A stretch of DNA of 64,000 bases, from the NCBI GenBank assembly GCA_965112155.1, contig OZ218109.1; one strand, 5' to 3'. Both the position numbers and the translations under genes were made by a program. Numbering within the stretch: position 1 is the first letter of the stretch; the number at the start of each line of letters is the position of its first letter. The notes beneath the pieces are model-generated. The model was not told the origin of the DNA, made no database searches, and saw nothing but the letters and a program-made list of their open reading frames with translations. This document shows positions 1 through 13,440 of the stretch, one piece after another. Origin of the DNA: Podarcis liolepis. Taxonomy: Eukaryota.

Positions 1-2393
1 CAATGGTGGCAACAACCGTCAGCTTATGAAGTAATGAAAGTTTTGTACCACACGTCAAGTAGTCATTAAGGATGTGGAGTGATGGGTTCTAAATCTAAAT
101 CCCTATATCTATTTTCATACCAAGTGAGCCTCAAGAGTTCTCTTACATGGAACCTGCAGACTGCACACTGGCTTGTTGGGGGTGGGGTGGGGGGAGAAGT
201 GAGCCCAAAATTTGATGCCCCACCCCCAGCCTTCCCAAAGCAGGGTGAGTCAGTCACTTTTTTTTTGAGAAAGTGGCACAAGACTCTGGCAGGGTCCTAG
301 AGGCCTCCTATCTCCTTCCCAAAGCTGGGGAAGTGCTAACTGAGCTTTGGGAAAGAGGGGAGAGGACTCGAGGACCCTGACAGAGCCCTCAGACTTCCTC
401 CCCAAAGCCCAGCAACTCACTTACCTGCCTTTGGGAAGGCAGCAGAAGACCAGCTGCAGGGATGGAGTGTCAAATGTTGCAGAGGGCCATGCACCTGGTC
501 GGGCCCTGTTTCAGACCACCCCGCCCTTTAATTTTAATCAATGAGCGAATGGGGAGGACAACTCAATACAATTCAGTTCAGCATACTTCACCAGCAAGTA
601 GCTGTTTATGACATGAAGCTGGAACCTCACCACGCAGGCAACTGGTGTCAAGCTTTAAAGAGCTTTGCTAACAAGGAAATCACTGTTCTTTTCTGTTTAA
701 ACATAAGGGAATGGCGTTGTCAGTGGGAATCATTCTACAATACTAGAAAAGGCTCATTTTGCTTCTTGGTTTAAAGAGGGAAAATACGAAAAGGAAGCTG
801 GAGAACTGCAGGGATGACACAATAACAAGAAAACATGAATGGTGGGTCAAAAGAGTGTTCAAGTTACCTATCCAGATTTATATGCACTACAGAATTTTAA
901 CAATGTGTCTCTGAAATACCAGTAAGCCTACTATAAAAGGCTGTCTAACTTTCAGGCTCCGAAACATAATTTATGTTAGTCAACTAAAATCTGCACCAAT
1001 TTCTTACGCTGCTTATACAGCTTGTTCTCAACGTTTGAGCTTAGCATGTCCATTGCAGATCATTTGGCCATGCAGCACACCACAGCAGCAAAATCATGCT
1101 GTAGCCAATAAATCAGAGCAACTTCCTGAAAGTATAGATGTAAATTTAAAATGAACAGGGTCACCACTGGTCTGACTTTTGATCTGCCATGCTCAGATTT
1201 GCCTACCAAGTTACAAGTGTGGCTTTTGATTTTTTGAACAACTCATTTATTGTATAAATTTTCATTAGAGGCACCTAAGGCAATGCCACAATTAAAAGCA
1301 CACACAAAGTGATCTTTTATACAAGTGTTAAATAACGTTCATACATGTTCAGAATTCTAGTTTTGCCTGTTTCAATCAGGTTAAATTTTAGTATTACAGA
1401 ACCTTACTCTAGACAGTCTGATTACAGAGTATATAAAGCTGACATTACTGTGCATATGAAAAGACAAAACTTCTAGCTTGTGCTAAACTTACGTAGACCT
1501 TTGTACAGGAGAGGCAGTAGCCTGGACCAACATTTATAATTTAGCATACAAGTTGCACAATTGGATGTTTTCATAGACTTCAAGTTTGGAAAACAGTGCT
1601 CCATGTGTTATGCATTTGACTAACATGTTTTGTCAAAAGCTAAACCAAGTTTTAGTTTGGGTGACACATACGTTCTCTCAATTACACATACCTAACGTTT
1701 AAAGACAGCTTCCTCTGTTAAGTATTTCTGGTAATTAGTTTGCCACCACCGATGACTGTTCATGTTTCACGTACTTGCTCCCAGTGTCACACATACTAAA
1801 GCAGAATTTCAGCCTATTTTCTCAAATGCTCTAGCTTGCCTGCCACTTAAGGCCAATACAAGCCATGCACATCCGTTCTGTGCAAGCATGTATTTATAAA
1901 TAAATCATGATTGCCAAAGATCCTCATGCCACTCTTCCCAGCCTGCATTTCCCATTTTGTAACTCTGGATTCCATCTTGGTGTAGCAACAGTTTCAGCAG
2001 TCAAGTGATTTAAGCACGATGACCCAACACTTGCATTTACACAGAGCAGCTCTCAAAGAGTAAAACTATAACAATCCGAACAGCAGATGAATTTTTGTTT
2101 AACTATGACTTGAAGGTGTAACAAGAAGCCAAAGAAGGGAAACTTTAGACTTCTCCCCACAAACATCTACTCCCACCAAACTATATAGCAAACCTCAAAA
2201 TACATTTTTAACAAGGCATGGGGTTAGCCAGTGAAAGTAAAAAACAAAACAGTAGGCTAATACAATCTGTTTGCATGAGCCTAATCAGCTCTTTGGATCT
2301 CAAACAAAATTTTGAAATCACATAATATTCACTGCATTATTCACTTTTATTTGTTTTATTTTGCCAGGTCCATAAAAAAAGATATTCATACTA

Positions 2394-2617
2394 CAGTCAT
2401 ACCTTGGAAGTCAAACAAAATCCATCCCGGAAGTCCGTTCAACTTCCAAAACATTCGGAAACCAAAGCTCCTGCAGCCAATTGGAAGCCATGGAAGTTCC
2501 ATTGGACATTTGGCTTCCAAAAAAAGTTCGCAAACCAGAACAGTCACTTCTGGGTTTGCGGCCTTCGGGAGCCAAAACTTTCGAGAACGAAGCTGTTCGG
2601 AAACCAAAATATGACTG
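2394..2617. mobile_element. Tc1/mariner (Tigger-like) MITE
   Basis: TA|CAGTCATACCTTGG ... CCAAAATATGACTG|TA: terminal inverted repeats with TA target duplication, no coding capacity. Confidence 0.75.
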
Positions 2618-2639
2618 TACTATGCTTTACTTAAGACAC

Positions 2640-2815
2640 AGGAATATAGGAAGCTGCCTTTTACCAAGCCAGATCATTGGTCCAACTAACTCAGTATTGT
2701 CTATGCTGATTGGACCTGGTTCTGCAGGGTTTCAAGCACAGGGGAATTTTCAGTCCTACTGGAAATGCCAGGGATTGAATCTGCATACAAAGCAGATGTT
2801 CTGAGCTACAGTCCT
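2640..2815 (-). mobile_element. tRNA-derived SINE, degraded (same family as 13441-13615)
   Basis: Reverse-complement similarity to 13441-13615 (AGGAAGCTGCCTT...CAGA.CATTGGTCCA.CTA). Confidence 0.55.
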
Positions 2816-4364
2816 TCACAAATAACTCTTACATTTTAAATTTCCAACAAAACGAATTGCACCCATGTACTTCTGTTGTTTATAGCCAAATTTGGTCTCC
2901 ATCACAGAGCCTGAATCAAACAATACCCCCGCTACCTAGTCAGCAATGTTAGAAATATATAATCGCCAAATGGTACTTTACAGATGGGTTATAGTTGCTG
3001 CAATTTTTAAATGCATTTATTATTTATTAATTGTTATTATCATTATTATCAGCAGCAGCATTTCTGCACCGCTTTACCTTTTAAAGAACAAATCTCAAAG
3101 TGGTTTACAACACATTAAAAGATCAAATAAAATAATCCAGAATAAAACAAATTCAAGCTTCAATTAAAATATTTCAGATCCTTCTCTAAGTGACATTTTG
3201 TTTTCCCCAGTCGCCAGCCAGGCACCCAGAGATCTCCATGTGGTTACAATTGCACACGTGTGAGTCGCAAAATGCTCCTGACTTATTTGTATTACTGGTA
3301 GTCACCATAGCTCCTGCGCTGATAGAATAGATAGCCATTGCTCACTTTAAGGGTTGAAGAGGTTTCCAATGTTTCTCAAGTAGGAAAAAATAATTCTGGG
3401 TATCAACAGGCTAAAGCAGACATCTACAAAAAGGAACAAAAAATTTGGAAAGAGGGATATAATCTCAGTTGCTGTATTTCATTAGAAACAATTAATAGTC
3501 CAGCAGCATTGAACCAGGAAGTATTCAATGAAATATCCTCAACCATAAACCATAATGTAAGAGCCCAAACCTTTTTTAAACTCTCCGATTTGGAGCCAAG
3601 TAAAACAAGCAACTTTTAATGACTTTGCTTGTACCAGAGTTTTGGGTCAATACCATGTAATATTACTGCTATTTAACAAAATCAGTACTCTTTACCACCT
3701 AAGATTTAAAATAAAAGCTAAAATGGTTAGTAAAAGTAACTATTATTTTATTATCAAGAATTGTCCTAAATATTTTGTGTTATCTCTCCTGCAGTTTAGC
3801 ACCAGTAATTTTCCAGGAAATTCTTTAATTCAGGACAGGGATGAGAGGAAGTGCCGGTTTGGGAGGAGACGATAAGACAGAAGTTAAGAGTGAAAGGAAA
3901 CAGGGAGGAGCAATTACAGGAATAAATAAAATTTCTCAAGGAAGGCATTAAAAGCTTCTGGATCACCAAATTCTTCCTAAAATACAGACAGCTAATATGT
4001 GTATTAAACAGGAAACCAGTAATTCTACAGGTTCACCTTCTCCCAACATTTGTGGTGTCCTCACCAAAGAATTTCTGCCTGGCATCTATAAATGTGTGGA
4101 GCTCCATCACAACACTATGAAGGGAATATCCAGTCAGAAATTCTACAAGTACAGCTTTCCCAAACACTTGCTACAAATGCATCTGAATAATTTCTACCTG
4201 GACATGTATCTTTTCCCACACATGTACACATCAGGCCCAATGTCCACCTGAAAGACCAAAACACAACATTAACTAGCCTCACTTAGTATAAACTGGGCGT
4301 GTAGAATCTAACACAACAAACTGTTTTAATTTTATAAAGAATAGAATTTATAAAGATAGCCACT

Positions 4365-4550
4365 GCAGTGTAGTAGTTAAGAGTGTTGGTCTGGGATATG
4401 GAAGACCAGGATTCAAATCTGCACTCAGCAATGAAGCACACAGTTTCTTAGCTTAACCTACCTGACAGGGTTGTTGTGAGGGTAAAATGGAGCAGAAGAA
4501 CCACCATGTAGGCCAACTAGAGGAAAGGCTTCTTGGAGGAAAGGTGGGAA
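4365..4550 (+). mobile_element. MIR/CORE-like tRNA-derived SINE
   Basis: Pol III A/B-box-like head (GTGTAGTAGTTAAGAG...GGATTCAAATC) followed by CORE-like AACCTACCTGACAGGGTTGTTGTGAGG. Confidence 0.6.
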
Positions 4551-6116
4551 GAAGCTCTAGTATATACCTTTAGTAAATCTAAAAGAACCTTAAAATGAGA
4601 AATAACTATTTTTTGCCACAGAGAGCAAATCGTAGACACCACTATTGAAGATTTGGGTTTAGCCCCTCAAGTTATGCTTATGGTGAGATTTCTTTGAACA
4701 TCTTTTTCTGATTTGGTTACTCTGCATTTTTCACTTAACAAATTAACCCCAATAGGCATAATGTAAATTTTAGGTGATGTCTTATATTTCTAAATGGTGT
4801 GCTGTCATATTGCTTCCTTTCCTTTTCCAGTCAGTTTCTCATGTTCAATTACAAGTTGCTTGATCAGAGAGTTGTGGGTATAGGTTTCTCAAAATTTAAT
4901 CGAATTCAACCAACAGTAGCCACCAGGGTGTTCCATGTCCGCTCAGGCAAGTGCAAGGGGCCAAACCCTCAACAGATGCATTATTTAGGCAATATGGTAT
5001 GGTATCCTATGATTCATTTCAAGCTTCACCGTAACTTGGAGTTGGATGGCTTTCAGTGACAGAGGAGTGGACCCATGTCTCAGATCTGTTTATTCACTGG
5101 GCTAGAAACATGGGAGTCTATGCAACTGAGGCTACTGTTCCAGGTTATAAGTACCCACCTGGCAACCAATCATATCCATATGAGTTGGAAGGGACCTTGG
5201 AAGTCATTTACTCTAACCCTTTCCTAGCGGAGGACAGCCACAAGGGAAGCAAACCCAGCCAGATGGGCAGGGTATAAATCATAAATTCTATTCTAAACCC
5301 TTCTGTTCTGTACATTTCCTACACATGGGCTGGTTTTACAACCCTGAAACAAAAATCCTGTATGATAGGCTAATATTTCTGAAAAGTGCAGAATGAGAAA
5401 AAAGGAAAGCACTTTCCCCCTAATTACCTATGAGTTTATGGCATAGGAAGGAGTCAGACTTTACTGCTTTGTAACTATATGCGAACTATATGGGGTTAGG
5501 GCAAAGGGTCGTGTCCAAGTCAAGTCAAACTAAGAGGTGTCCTACTGAAATTAGCAGACATAATTTGAGACACATTAATTCCAATTACTCAGCTGAACAC
5601 AACTCAAGAGTAGAGTTCTCCATGATATTGTAGCGTTGGTATCATTGTCCCCTTAGAAAACTCTTGTCTTTAAAGTAACTAAGGAAGTACAATGTATATG
5701 AAGGATTAGACAATACTTTATGTAAGTAATACATACTTCTCTTCCTTAAGTCTCATTGTAATTCTGTCATGCATCATAATCTTATTCTCAGAAGGGGAAA
5801 AAACTTGAGAAAAGAGATATAGAACTCACAAATTTTATGAAAAGGTACAGTAAGTATGCATACATCAGAAATGATTTTCTATTCTTAAATGGTGTATCTA
5901 CTTTTTTACAAAACTAGGGCTCAAAACTTTCTAAGGAAAGTACACCCTGTGAAGTAATATTTCATATCAAGCAGTGTTCTGGTGACTCATTTAAAGGGAA
6001 ATTCCACTCTGCACATGTTCAAAGGTAATTTTGTTCATGGTTTGAATATTACAGAGCTGAGCCCTGCCACAGAAAAGTATTGCCACAATGCTGCTCTCAA
6101 TCTGGAGTACACAATA

Positions 6117-6463
6117 CAGTGGTGCCTCGCAAGACGAAATTAATCCGTTCCGCGAGTCTCTTCGTCTAGCGGTTTTTTCGTCTTGCGAAGCAACCCTATT
6201 ATCGGCTTAGCGCTATTATCGGTTTAGCGGCTATTATCGGTTTAGCGGCTATTAAAGGCTTAGCGGATTAGCGGCTAAAAGGCTATTAGCGGCTTAGAAA
6301 AAGGGGGGGAAGCGGGGAAAAATCGGAACACTCGCAAGACGTTTTCGTCTTGCAAAGCAAGCCCATAGGGAAAATCGTCTTGCGAAGCAGCTCAAAAACG
6401 GAAAACCCTTTCGTCTAGCAGGTTTTCCGTCTTGCAAGGCATTCGTCTTGTGGGGCACCACTG
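6117..6463 (-). mobile_element. Tc1/mariner-type MITE, family A (TIR CAGTGGTGCCYCGCAAGACGAA)
   Basis: TA-flanked TIRs; related copies at 11114, 44086, 50890, 58358 in the opposite orientation; internal TAGCGGC/TATTATCGG micro-repeats. Confidence 0.9.
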
Positions 6464-6913
6464 TATTATGTTGCTTCTGGCACATTATACTGGCATCAGC
6501 ACAACAGCAATCTTCATCCTGACCATTCTCTCACTTAAACTACCCAAAAGAAATATGCATCAAAATGCTTTATCTGTGGCAGGGGCTCGGACCTGATGAT
6601 CTTCAGGGTCCTGGCCACTAACAACCATCCAGCTTGAAGATAGTGAAGCCTGAAAGATGACAATAAAAGGGTACCATACCATATCCATATTGCCTAATGT
6701 GTCTTAATGGTGTGGCCCTTAACAGCCATATTTTCCCAGCATTTTGGTGTTTGCATGAATATAAACACAAATTAAACCAAAAGATTGTCAACTGATTTTG
6801 TTTTTTTAAGAGGGGGGTGCAACAAATGAGATCTGTCCACGCTTCAGCACAAGTGTTTACTGCTTAAGTCCAACAGTTAGATAGCTTATCAGCTTTATTT
6901 GAGAGAGTGGGGA

Positions 6914-6965
6914 TGATGATGATAATAATAATGATAATAATGATAATAATAATAATAATAATAAT
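6914..6965. repeat. (ATA/ATG)n microsatellite
   Basis: Seen directly. Confidence 0.9.
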
Positions 6966-7616
6966 AGATAAGCTGATGTTTTACATTAAACTGAAGGGTT
7001 GGTTTTTTTTTGGCAAAGATACCCAGAAAGCCTCTAGGTTCCACTAAAAAGTTTGAAGAGAGCACCAGCCATGGAGACACAAGGAAGAGACAAGTAAGAA
7101 TTGTATTGAAGTGGTTTGCAAATGTCTTTGAAATGATGCTACATGTAGTTTCCCTTCTCTGAACAGACTAAAGGCTTTTAGTACAAATTTGTTTAGTCTT
7201 CTGATGAAGTCCAACAAAACCAGACCATATGAGCCACAAACCAAGAACTAAAATATTCAGGCTTCACCTTCTGTATCTCAAGGTTGCCAAAATTCAATCT
7301 CGCTGTCCCTGCAGCTTTGGTCCTGAACCAAAATTCTGGCCTTGTGATAGAAGGATCTATTTCATAAACTTTCACAATTGATAGAAAGCAGAGAATTTGT
7401 TGGACAGGCTAAATCCAGCCTGAGTGGCACTTAAATCAAAGGGACATATGTAAAGTCATTATTAATTTGTCCCAGATTTCATTGAGAACAAAATGAAACC
7501 AACTTAGTCTGGATCCACCCCATGATGCAAATGCAGCATGTTTACACCAAAACAGGAAATCCTTTACATACCTTGGGAAAAATCTAGTTTACTCTCTATC
7601 AGCCACATTCAACATA

Positions 7617-7876
7617 CCGTATTTTTCGCTCTATAAGACGCACCAGACCACAAGACGCACCTAGTTTTTGGAGGAGGAAAACAAGAAAAAAATATATTCT
7701 GAATCTCAGAAGCCAGAACAGCAAGAGGGATCGCTGCACAGTGAAAGCAGCAATCCCTTTTGCTGTTCTGGCTTCTGGGATAGCTGTGCAGCCTGCATTC
7801 GCTCCATAAGACGCACACACATTCCCCCTTACTTTTTAGGAGGGAAAAAGTGAGTCTTATAGAGCAAAAAATACAG
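7617..7876 (+). mobile_element. pogo/Tigger-like MITE, family C (TIR CCGTATTTTT.GCTCTATAAGAC)
   Basis: TA|CCGTATTTTTCGCTCTATAAGAC ... GTCTTATAGAGCAAAAAATACAG|TA; inverted copy at ~37755-37983. Confidence 0.85.
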
Positions 7877-8929
7877 TACTACCTACTCTCATATTTGCAA
7901 GATAGATTGTGATTGCAACCATGCTACTGTCCAAAAAGCATTTTAACAAAGTACTCTGTTAGTACATCTATACACAAAAGCTGAAGTCACAGCTCCCAAG
8001 AACCTCAAAGGAGTAACCAGTTGACTAGGCATTTGCATAAAGTTTACTTTCAGCAAATGTCTGTAGATCATAGAAGAGAAACAAGTAGCCCATCAATACC
8101 TGGAAGACCACAACTCCCATTAATCCAAGTCACCATTGCCAATGATCAGGGATGAGAGTTGTGGCAGGCCACAGGTTTCTTGATCACAGTGGTCAATGTT
8201 ATTAGGCAAAACTGTTATTAAAATGAATAGCATCCAGCAACGCAGACCTAAGTTGCCACCTGAAATGGCTAAATTAGAGAAACTAGAGTGAAACCAGAAA
8301 TGGCGTAACAGGAAACCTATCAGAGTGGCTATTAAATGGCTCTGTTACTACAGCTCTTATAGAGTACACAGTATCCTCAGCAGCAAAAGGCTGAGCTGGT
8401 TGTGCAGTGATGAAAGTTGGCAGGAATGGAGCAGTTATGAAGTATCATCATAACACAAGAGTTCCAAAAACTCATTTCACTCTTAGGTTAGGATAAATAG
8501 CACAAAAAGTATGACACTTCCAAGAAAAAGAAAAGCAGCAGCAGCAGCAGCACACAATCGCAGTGAGTACACGGAACTGACATATTTCCTCAGTCCATCA
8601 GGAAGGCTCAGACTCCCACCTCCTCAGCTACTGAACTTCAGACCCAGACGATCTCACACCATGTTTTCAAATGCAGAGCTACAGAGAGCCAACCATTTAG
8701 ACACAAGACCCCCCTAGACCTCCGCGTTCAACTGAACTGCAGCAAACTCACTGCCTGCTTTAAAGTTCGGCAAAAGTCGCCAAATGATCAAAATCACGGC
8801 CCGGAGACGCTGAGAAAGCAGTAGAAAGCCACCCTCCTGTCACACTTAAATCATACCCATTGCAAGTATGGAAGAAGGGCGTGTGTGTTTGAATTCCTAA
8901 CTTTAGATAAGGGTGTGAGTCAAGGAGGA

Positions 8930-10390
8930 CTATGGCGGTGGGGGTTTGGGGGGAGCTTGAGGAAACGAAGCGAGGGGGAGCTTTGGCTTGCCGCTTGGGG
9001 CGGGTCCCCAATGGGGGTGGGGTGTCCTCCGTTTTCGGCCAGCCGGGGATCAACTTAAAAGGGCGATCTCTCCCTCCTTCTCCCCCTCCCCCACCAAATC
9101 CGAGGGTGTAGGAGGGAGAAGGAAACGAAACGAAACACGTGAAGATGCCGCCGCCGCCGCCGGGCCCAGCGCTTCCCTCCCGGCGACCAGGCCGAAGCCG
9201 ACGCAGTGCGGAGCTCCCCGTAGGAGCAAGGCCACGAAACCGGGGCCAGTTCCCTGCAGCGGCCAGCCCCGCCCCCCACCGCGAGCGGCCTCGGGTGAGA
9301 AAATGGCGGCGGCTCGGGGCGGTGACGGGAGGAAGCGGCGGCGGCGGCGGCGGCCCTGCTGCTGCCACTTGACTGCTGCTGAACGCGGCCTCCACTCACC
9401 TGTCAAGCCAACAGCCAGCAAGGCCCCGGCGGGCCGGGAGGGATCGCGCTCGGAGGCCGGCCTGAGGGATCCTTCGCTGCCGCCGCCGCTGCTGCTTCTC
9501 CTCTCGGCCTCCGTCTTCGTCTCCCGCCGCCGCCTCCTTCTCGTTCTTCCGCCGCCGCCGCCGCTGCCGAATCCCAGGAAGGGGTGAGAGAGAGAAAGAG
9601 AAAGACGGAGAGAGAGGGCGGCGGGGGGCGGCAGCGGGGCCCAGGCGGGGGAGGAGGAGGAGGAGTGGCGGCGGCGGCGGCGGGGAGGAGGAGCGACAAG
9701 CGGAGAGGGAAGGGCGCGGAGAGGCGGGAGGAGGAAGAGAGAGCGGCGGCGGCGGCGGCGGGTGTCCGGGCCCCGGGGCTTCTGGGCGCCAAGAAGCAGC
9801 GGAGACAATTCGCTCGCATATGAGAGGGAGAGACAGAGAGAGAGAGAGAGACGGAGCGCGAGGGAAAGAGAGAGAGAGAGCGCCAGGGAGACCCACGAGC
9901 CCCGCTTCCGGCTCCGGGCGGAAGTCCCTCCCCCGGCGGCGGAAGATATTGGTCGACGCCTGGAGACTCGCCCCCTCTCCCCCCTCCCCGAAAAACGCCT
10001 CGCGCACTATCTCCTCCCCTCCGCTCAGGCGAAAGAGAGAGGCTGTGGGAAGGGGGAGGGAGGGAGAGAGGGAGGGAGGGGTGGAAATAGGCCGGTAACC
10101 TTCTTCGCGTGTGATTGGCCCGGAGGCAGGGACGGCGCGCGGGGCGCGGCGTGACGTGAAGCGAGCCGCGCGGAGAGTGAGCGGGTGACGTCAGTGCCCC
10201 TTTCATGAGTTGAGAGCGAAGGTGGGGGTCGGGAGGAGGAATTCGCAGAAGGCTCTAGTAGCGGTTAGCACATTCTCTCTCTCTCTCTCTGGGAGCTGTT
10301 CCATTTACGGCCGCTGATGCAGGAAGGTTGTCCTCCGTGCGGCTTCCGTAGGAAAGGGTGGTTTGAAAGGGCCGGCGTTGGGCCCGCGCA
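8930..10390 (-). promoter_or_regulatory. LARP4B: CpG-island promoter, probably LARP4B
   Basis: Very high GC/CpG with GCC/GGA/GA repeats; full CRE TGACGTCA 10186-10193, TGACGTG 10152-10158, CCAAT box (ATTGG 10114-10118), ETS CGGAAGT 9919-9925, YY1 AAAATGGCGGC 9300-9310. Gene identity from conserved vertebrate order LARP4B(-)/GTPBP4(+)/IDI1(-) only. Confidence 0.7.
9400..9900 (-). other. LARP4B: Putative non-coding first exon of LARP4B (5' end approximate); intron 1 runs off the left edge
   Basis: Perfect minus-strand donor CAG|GTGAGT after 9400 inside the CpG island; no LARP4B coding exon recognised in 1-9400. Confidence 0.6.
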
Positions 10391-11010
10391 AATAAATAAG
10401 TTCGGTCACACATTTCCCTCGGTTTAAATAATTTTAAATAATTATTTAAAAAAGAGCGATGAACAACAGCAGCTCTCCCTTTCTAGGACTCTACCGTAGC
10501 CCCTTTAGTAACGACTAGAAAAAGAAAAGGGGCCTAGTTAGTCCTAGTTTGGAAGCAGATTGCTCCCCCCCCCCAGCATAACTATGAGCAGGAAAGACTA
10601 GGCCCAATTTCTAGAGAAGGCGGTGATTTGCTGCTCTCTCCGATTTTAAATGGTTTATGCTGTCATACTGCACTGCAGTGTTAAGGAGCCTGTTGCTGGA
10701 CACCCCTCAGCCCCAGGGAACATAGGGGCAGTGAGAGTTGTAGACTGGCCATGTCCTGAGAGAAAGCCTCCTAAAACCTTAATCCAAGTTAGTATCTTGC
10801 CTTTAGGTTTGGATTGATTTTTATGTATGTGCTGGTGTTGTTGTTTTTCACTGCGTTTATATTTTATAATAGTTTTCATGTAGGGTTTCTACTGTTTTTT
10901 AAATTCATGGGAAGTGATTCATAAACTAATTAAATAATAAACTTTTAAAATAGATTAGCTTTTTGAGAAATCAACAAGATTTGTTATTGTTGCAATATAC
11001 ACTTATTGAC

Positions 11011-11106
11011 CAAACTGCGGGAGGCAGTGGAAGACAGGAGTGCCTGGCGTGCTCTGGTCCATGGGGTCACGAAGAGTCGGACACGACTAAACGACTAAAC
11101 AACAAC
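11011..11106 (+). mobile_element. RTE/BovB-like LINE 3' end (5'-truncated)
   Basis: GCCTGGCGTGCT...GTCCATGGGGTCACGAAGAGTCGGACACGACTAAACGACTAAACAACAAC resembles the BovB 3' terminus; 12-bp TSD ACA(C/G)TTATTGAC. Confidence 0.8.
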
Positions 11107-11113
11107 ACAGTTA

Positions 11114-11387
11114 CAGTGGTGCCCCGCAAGACGAATGCCTCGCAAGACGAAAAATTCGCTAGACGAAAGAGTTTTCCGTTTTTTGAGTTGTTCCGCAAGA
11201 CGAATTTCCCTATGGCCTTGCTTTGCAAGACGTCTTGCGAGTTCTTGCGAGTTTGTTTCCTTTTTCTTAAAGCTGCTAAGCCGTTAATAGCCGCTAAGCC
11301 GCTAATAGCCGTGCTTCGCAAGACGAAAAAACCGCAAGACGAAGAGACTCGCGGAACGGATTAATTTCGTCTTGCGAGGCACCACTG
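11114..11387 (+). mobile_element. Tc1/mariner-type MITE, family A
   Basis: TA-flanked CAGTGGTGCCCCGCAAGACGAA...TTCGTCTTGCGAGGCACCACTG. Confidence 0.9.
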
Positions 11388-13440
11388 TATTGACTTGCAT
11401 GAAAGAGTTAACCCAAGCACTGAGCTTAAATTCCCATTGAGAAGGGTTCAACAGGCTCCCAGGAGCCTTTGCCTCTTCCTCCCTTTCCCTTCTCTCTCTG
11501 CCTTCCCAGAAGGAGGGAGTCATGCAGATGGCTCCCTGCTGAAGGAAAACCATGTCAGCAAAATAAGAGATGTTTACAGCTTGCAGACTGCATGATTATT
11601 CTGTAAGGAAATCAAGTTCTTTTGTTTTCTTAAGTTGTTTGGAACCTTTCCTTCTTTATTCTACTATCAACAATTGTTTGCTGTAACTCCTGAAACTCTG
11701 TGAGTACAATCTTCACTTACTTGCAAAGCTAAGTGTCTCTGATTTATTCTAGCCTAAGTTTTGTTTTGGGGAAGGTGGTTATGGGTAGATGTAAGTCTAA
11801 TCAAGTTTTAATGTGCTTTGAGCAATCGTCATTGTGCCAACTCTGCTATGAGATAGTAAGAATCTCTCTTCCAAGTGTCTCGTACCATTTTCACACTTAC
11901 AATTTTAAAAAAAATTATACTGAGGTATTATAATTTTCCAAGATAAATTTAGTGTTTTCTAATTAATACAGGTGTATGTCCTTAAAATTGCAATGCTACA
12001 GATTAGATTAAATTATCTCTCTGGAAATTGTTACAAATTAAACTGTGTACTGTTGGCACCGTTTGCCCTAAAATGTGATGGAACTAAGAATATTGGGTTG
12101 AAAGGTTCCAAAGCAATATGAGATGCTATACAACCTACTAAAGAATAACTTGTTTATGGTATGGCCATATGAATAAAGAGGCTGTTTTTAAATTTTATTT
12201 TTTTGTCTGTCTTCCATAATTGTAGTTAAATTCCAAAGTAATAATAGAAAAGCCAAACTCAATGAAATAGTAGGTTCCTCTGCTGCTGCCACCACCCTGC
12301 AAAATAAGCAGACTAGTTCAGCCATACAAGAAATGTTAAAGAATAAGTTATCCCTACAAATGTTTTACTAGCCCTAACCTGAAGTGAAAGGAAAAAAGTC
12401 AGGTTTTGGTTAAATGTTTCTCCTTTACTCACTTGGAAGAGAAAATTACTAACCCACTAACCAAGAATATGCCAAGATTAAGTTTGCTAGCGTTGCCTAA
12501 TTAGTCACAATATAAGACAGAAGGATTTTATTCATTCACTCTTGAGAAACCTTTGTACACAAAGGTCAAGATGCTGTTAGTAATGACCCTTTTATGAGGA
12601 AAGCCTTCACGACCTTCTTTCCTTTTTTGCCCTGTCATTGAAGCAGTGGCGCCTGGAGGAAACAGGGAGTTGGCAACAGCTATTAAAGTCTATTCTGAGA
12701 AAAACAGCTTGGATGGAGTTACAGTTTATGTTAACAAGCATGTGTAATTTATTTCTATATTTGTGTAGCATTTCCCTTAAGCATTCAAAGTTTTTCACCG
12801 TGAGCAACCCTCCCAACAATCCTGTAAATTAGGCTACTGTGCTATCGCCATGTTATCCGCAGGAAAGATGGGGAAGAGAAATGAAGACCACCCAGCATTT
12901 CCATGGCATTTGCTACAAACTGGAGACATCTTGTTTGCAGCTTACATTCTTGACAAATGTTTCAGCTGTTCACTTTGGACAGCATTCAGAGAACAGTGCA
13001 ACCAGTTCAGCACGCCAATGGAGCATTGGTTTATATTTCTAAAGCAGCGCCTTCCTGTGCCCCATGCCAAATCATGACTGAAAATAGGGAGATTTTTAAT
13101 ATCAGTTTTTTATATGGCCCAGAGTGGGTAGAGTCTACTGATGTGGGGGTGGGGTCCAAACTCTTCCTGGGCGCACTCAACTCCTTGGGTATGGCAGCTA
13201 GTATGACAAAAACAGAAACTGCCAAGAAAAGTGCTTAGACTATTAAAGGGCCTATCTTTATGACAGTCAAGATGTATGTGCCTTAGAGGGGTGCAGTGCA
13301 CCTCTATGTACTCTGCACTCAGGAAGTATTTCTGGAGACAGATTTTACCCATACTGAATGGTCCCCAGCAGCAAGGCATTACTCTGTAAGAGTTAAAAGC
13401 AGAAAACACTTACACAGGATGCCTTTGTGGGTGTTATAGA

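Noticed and set aside
8760-10206. Overlapping 100-270 aa ORFs in the CpG island
   Set aside because: Low-complexity Pro/Ala/Arg/Gly products expected from GCC/GGA/GA repeats in stop-poor DNA; no LARP4B protein similarity
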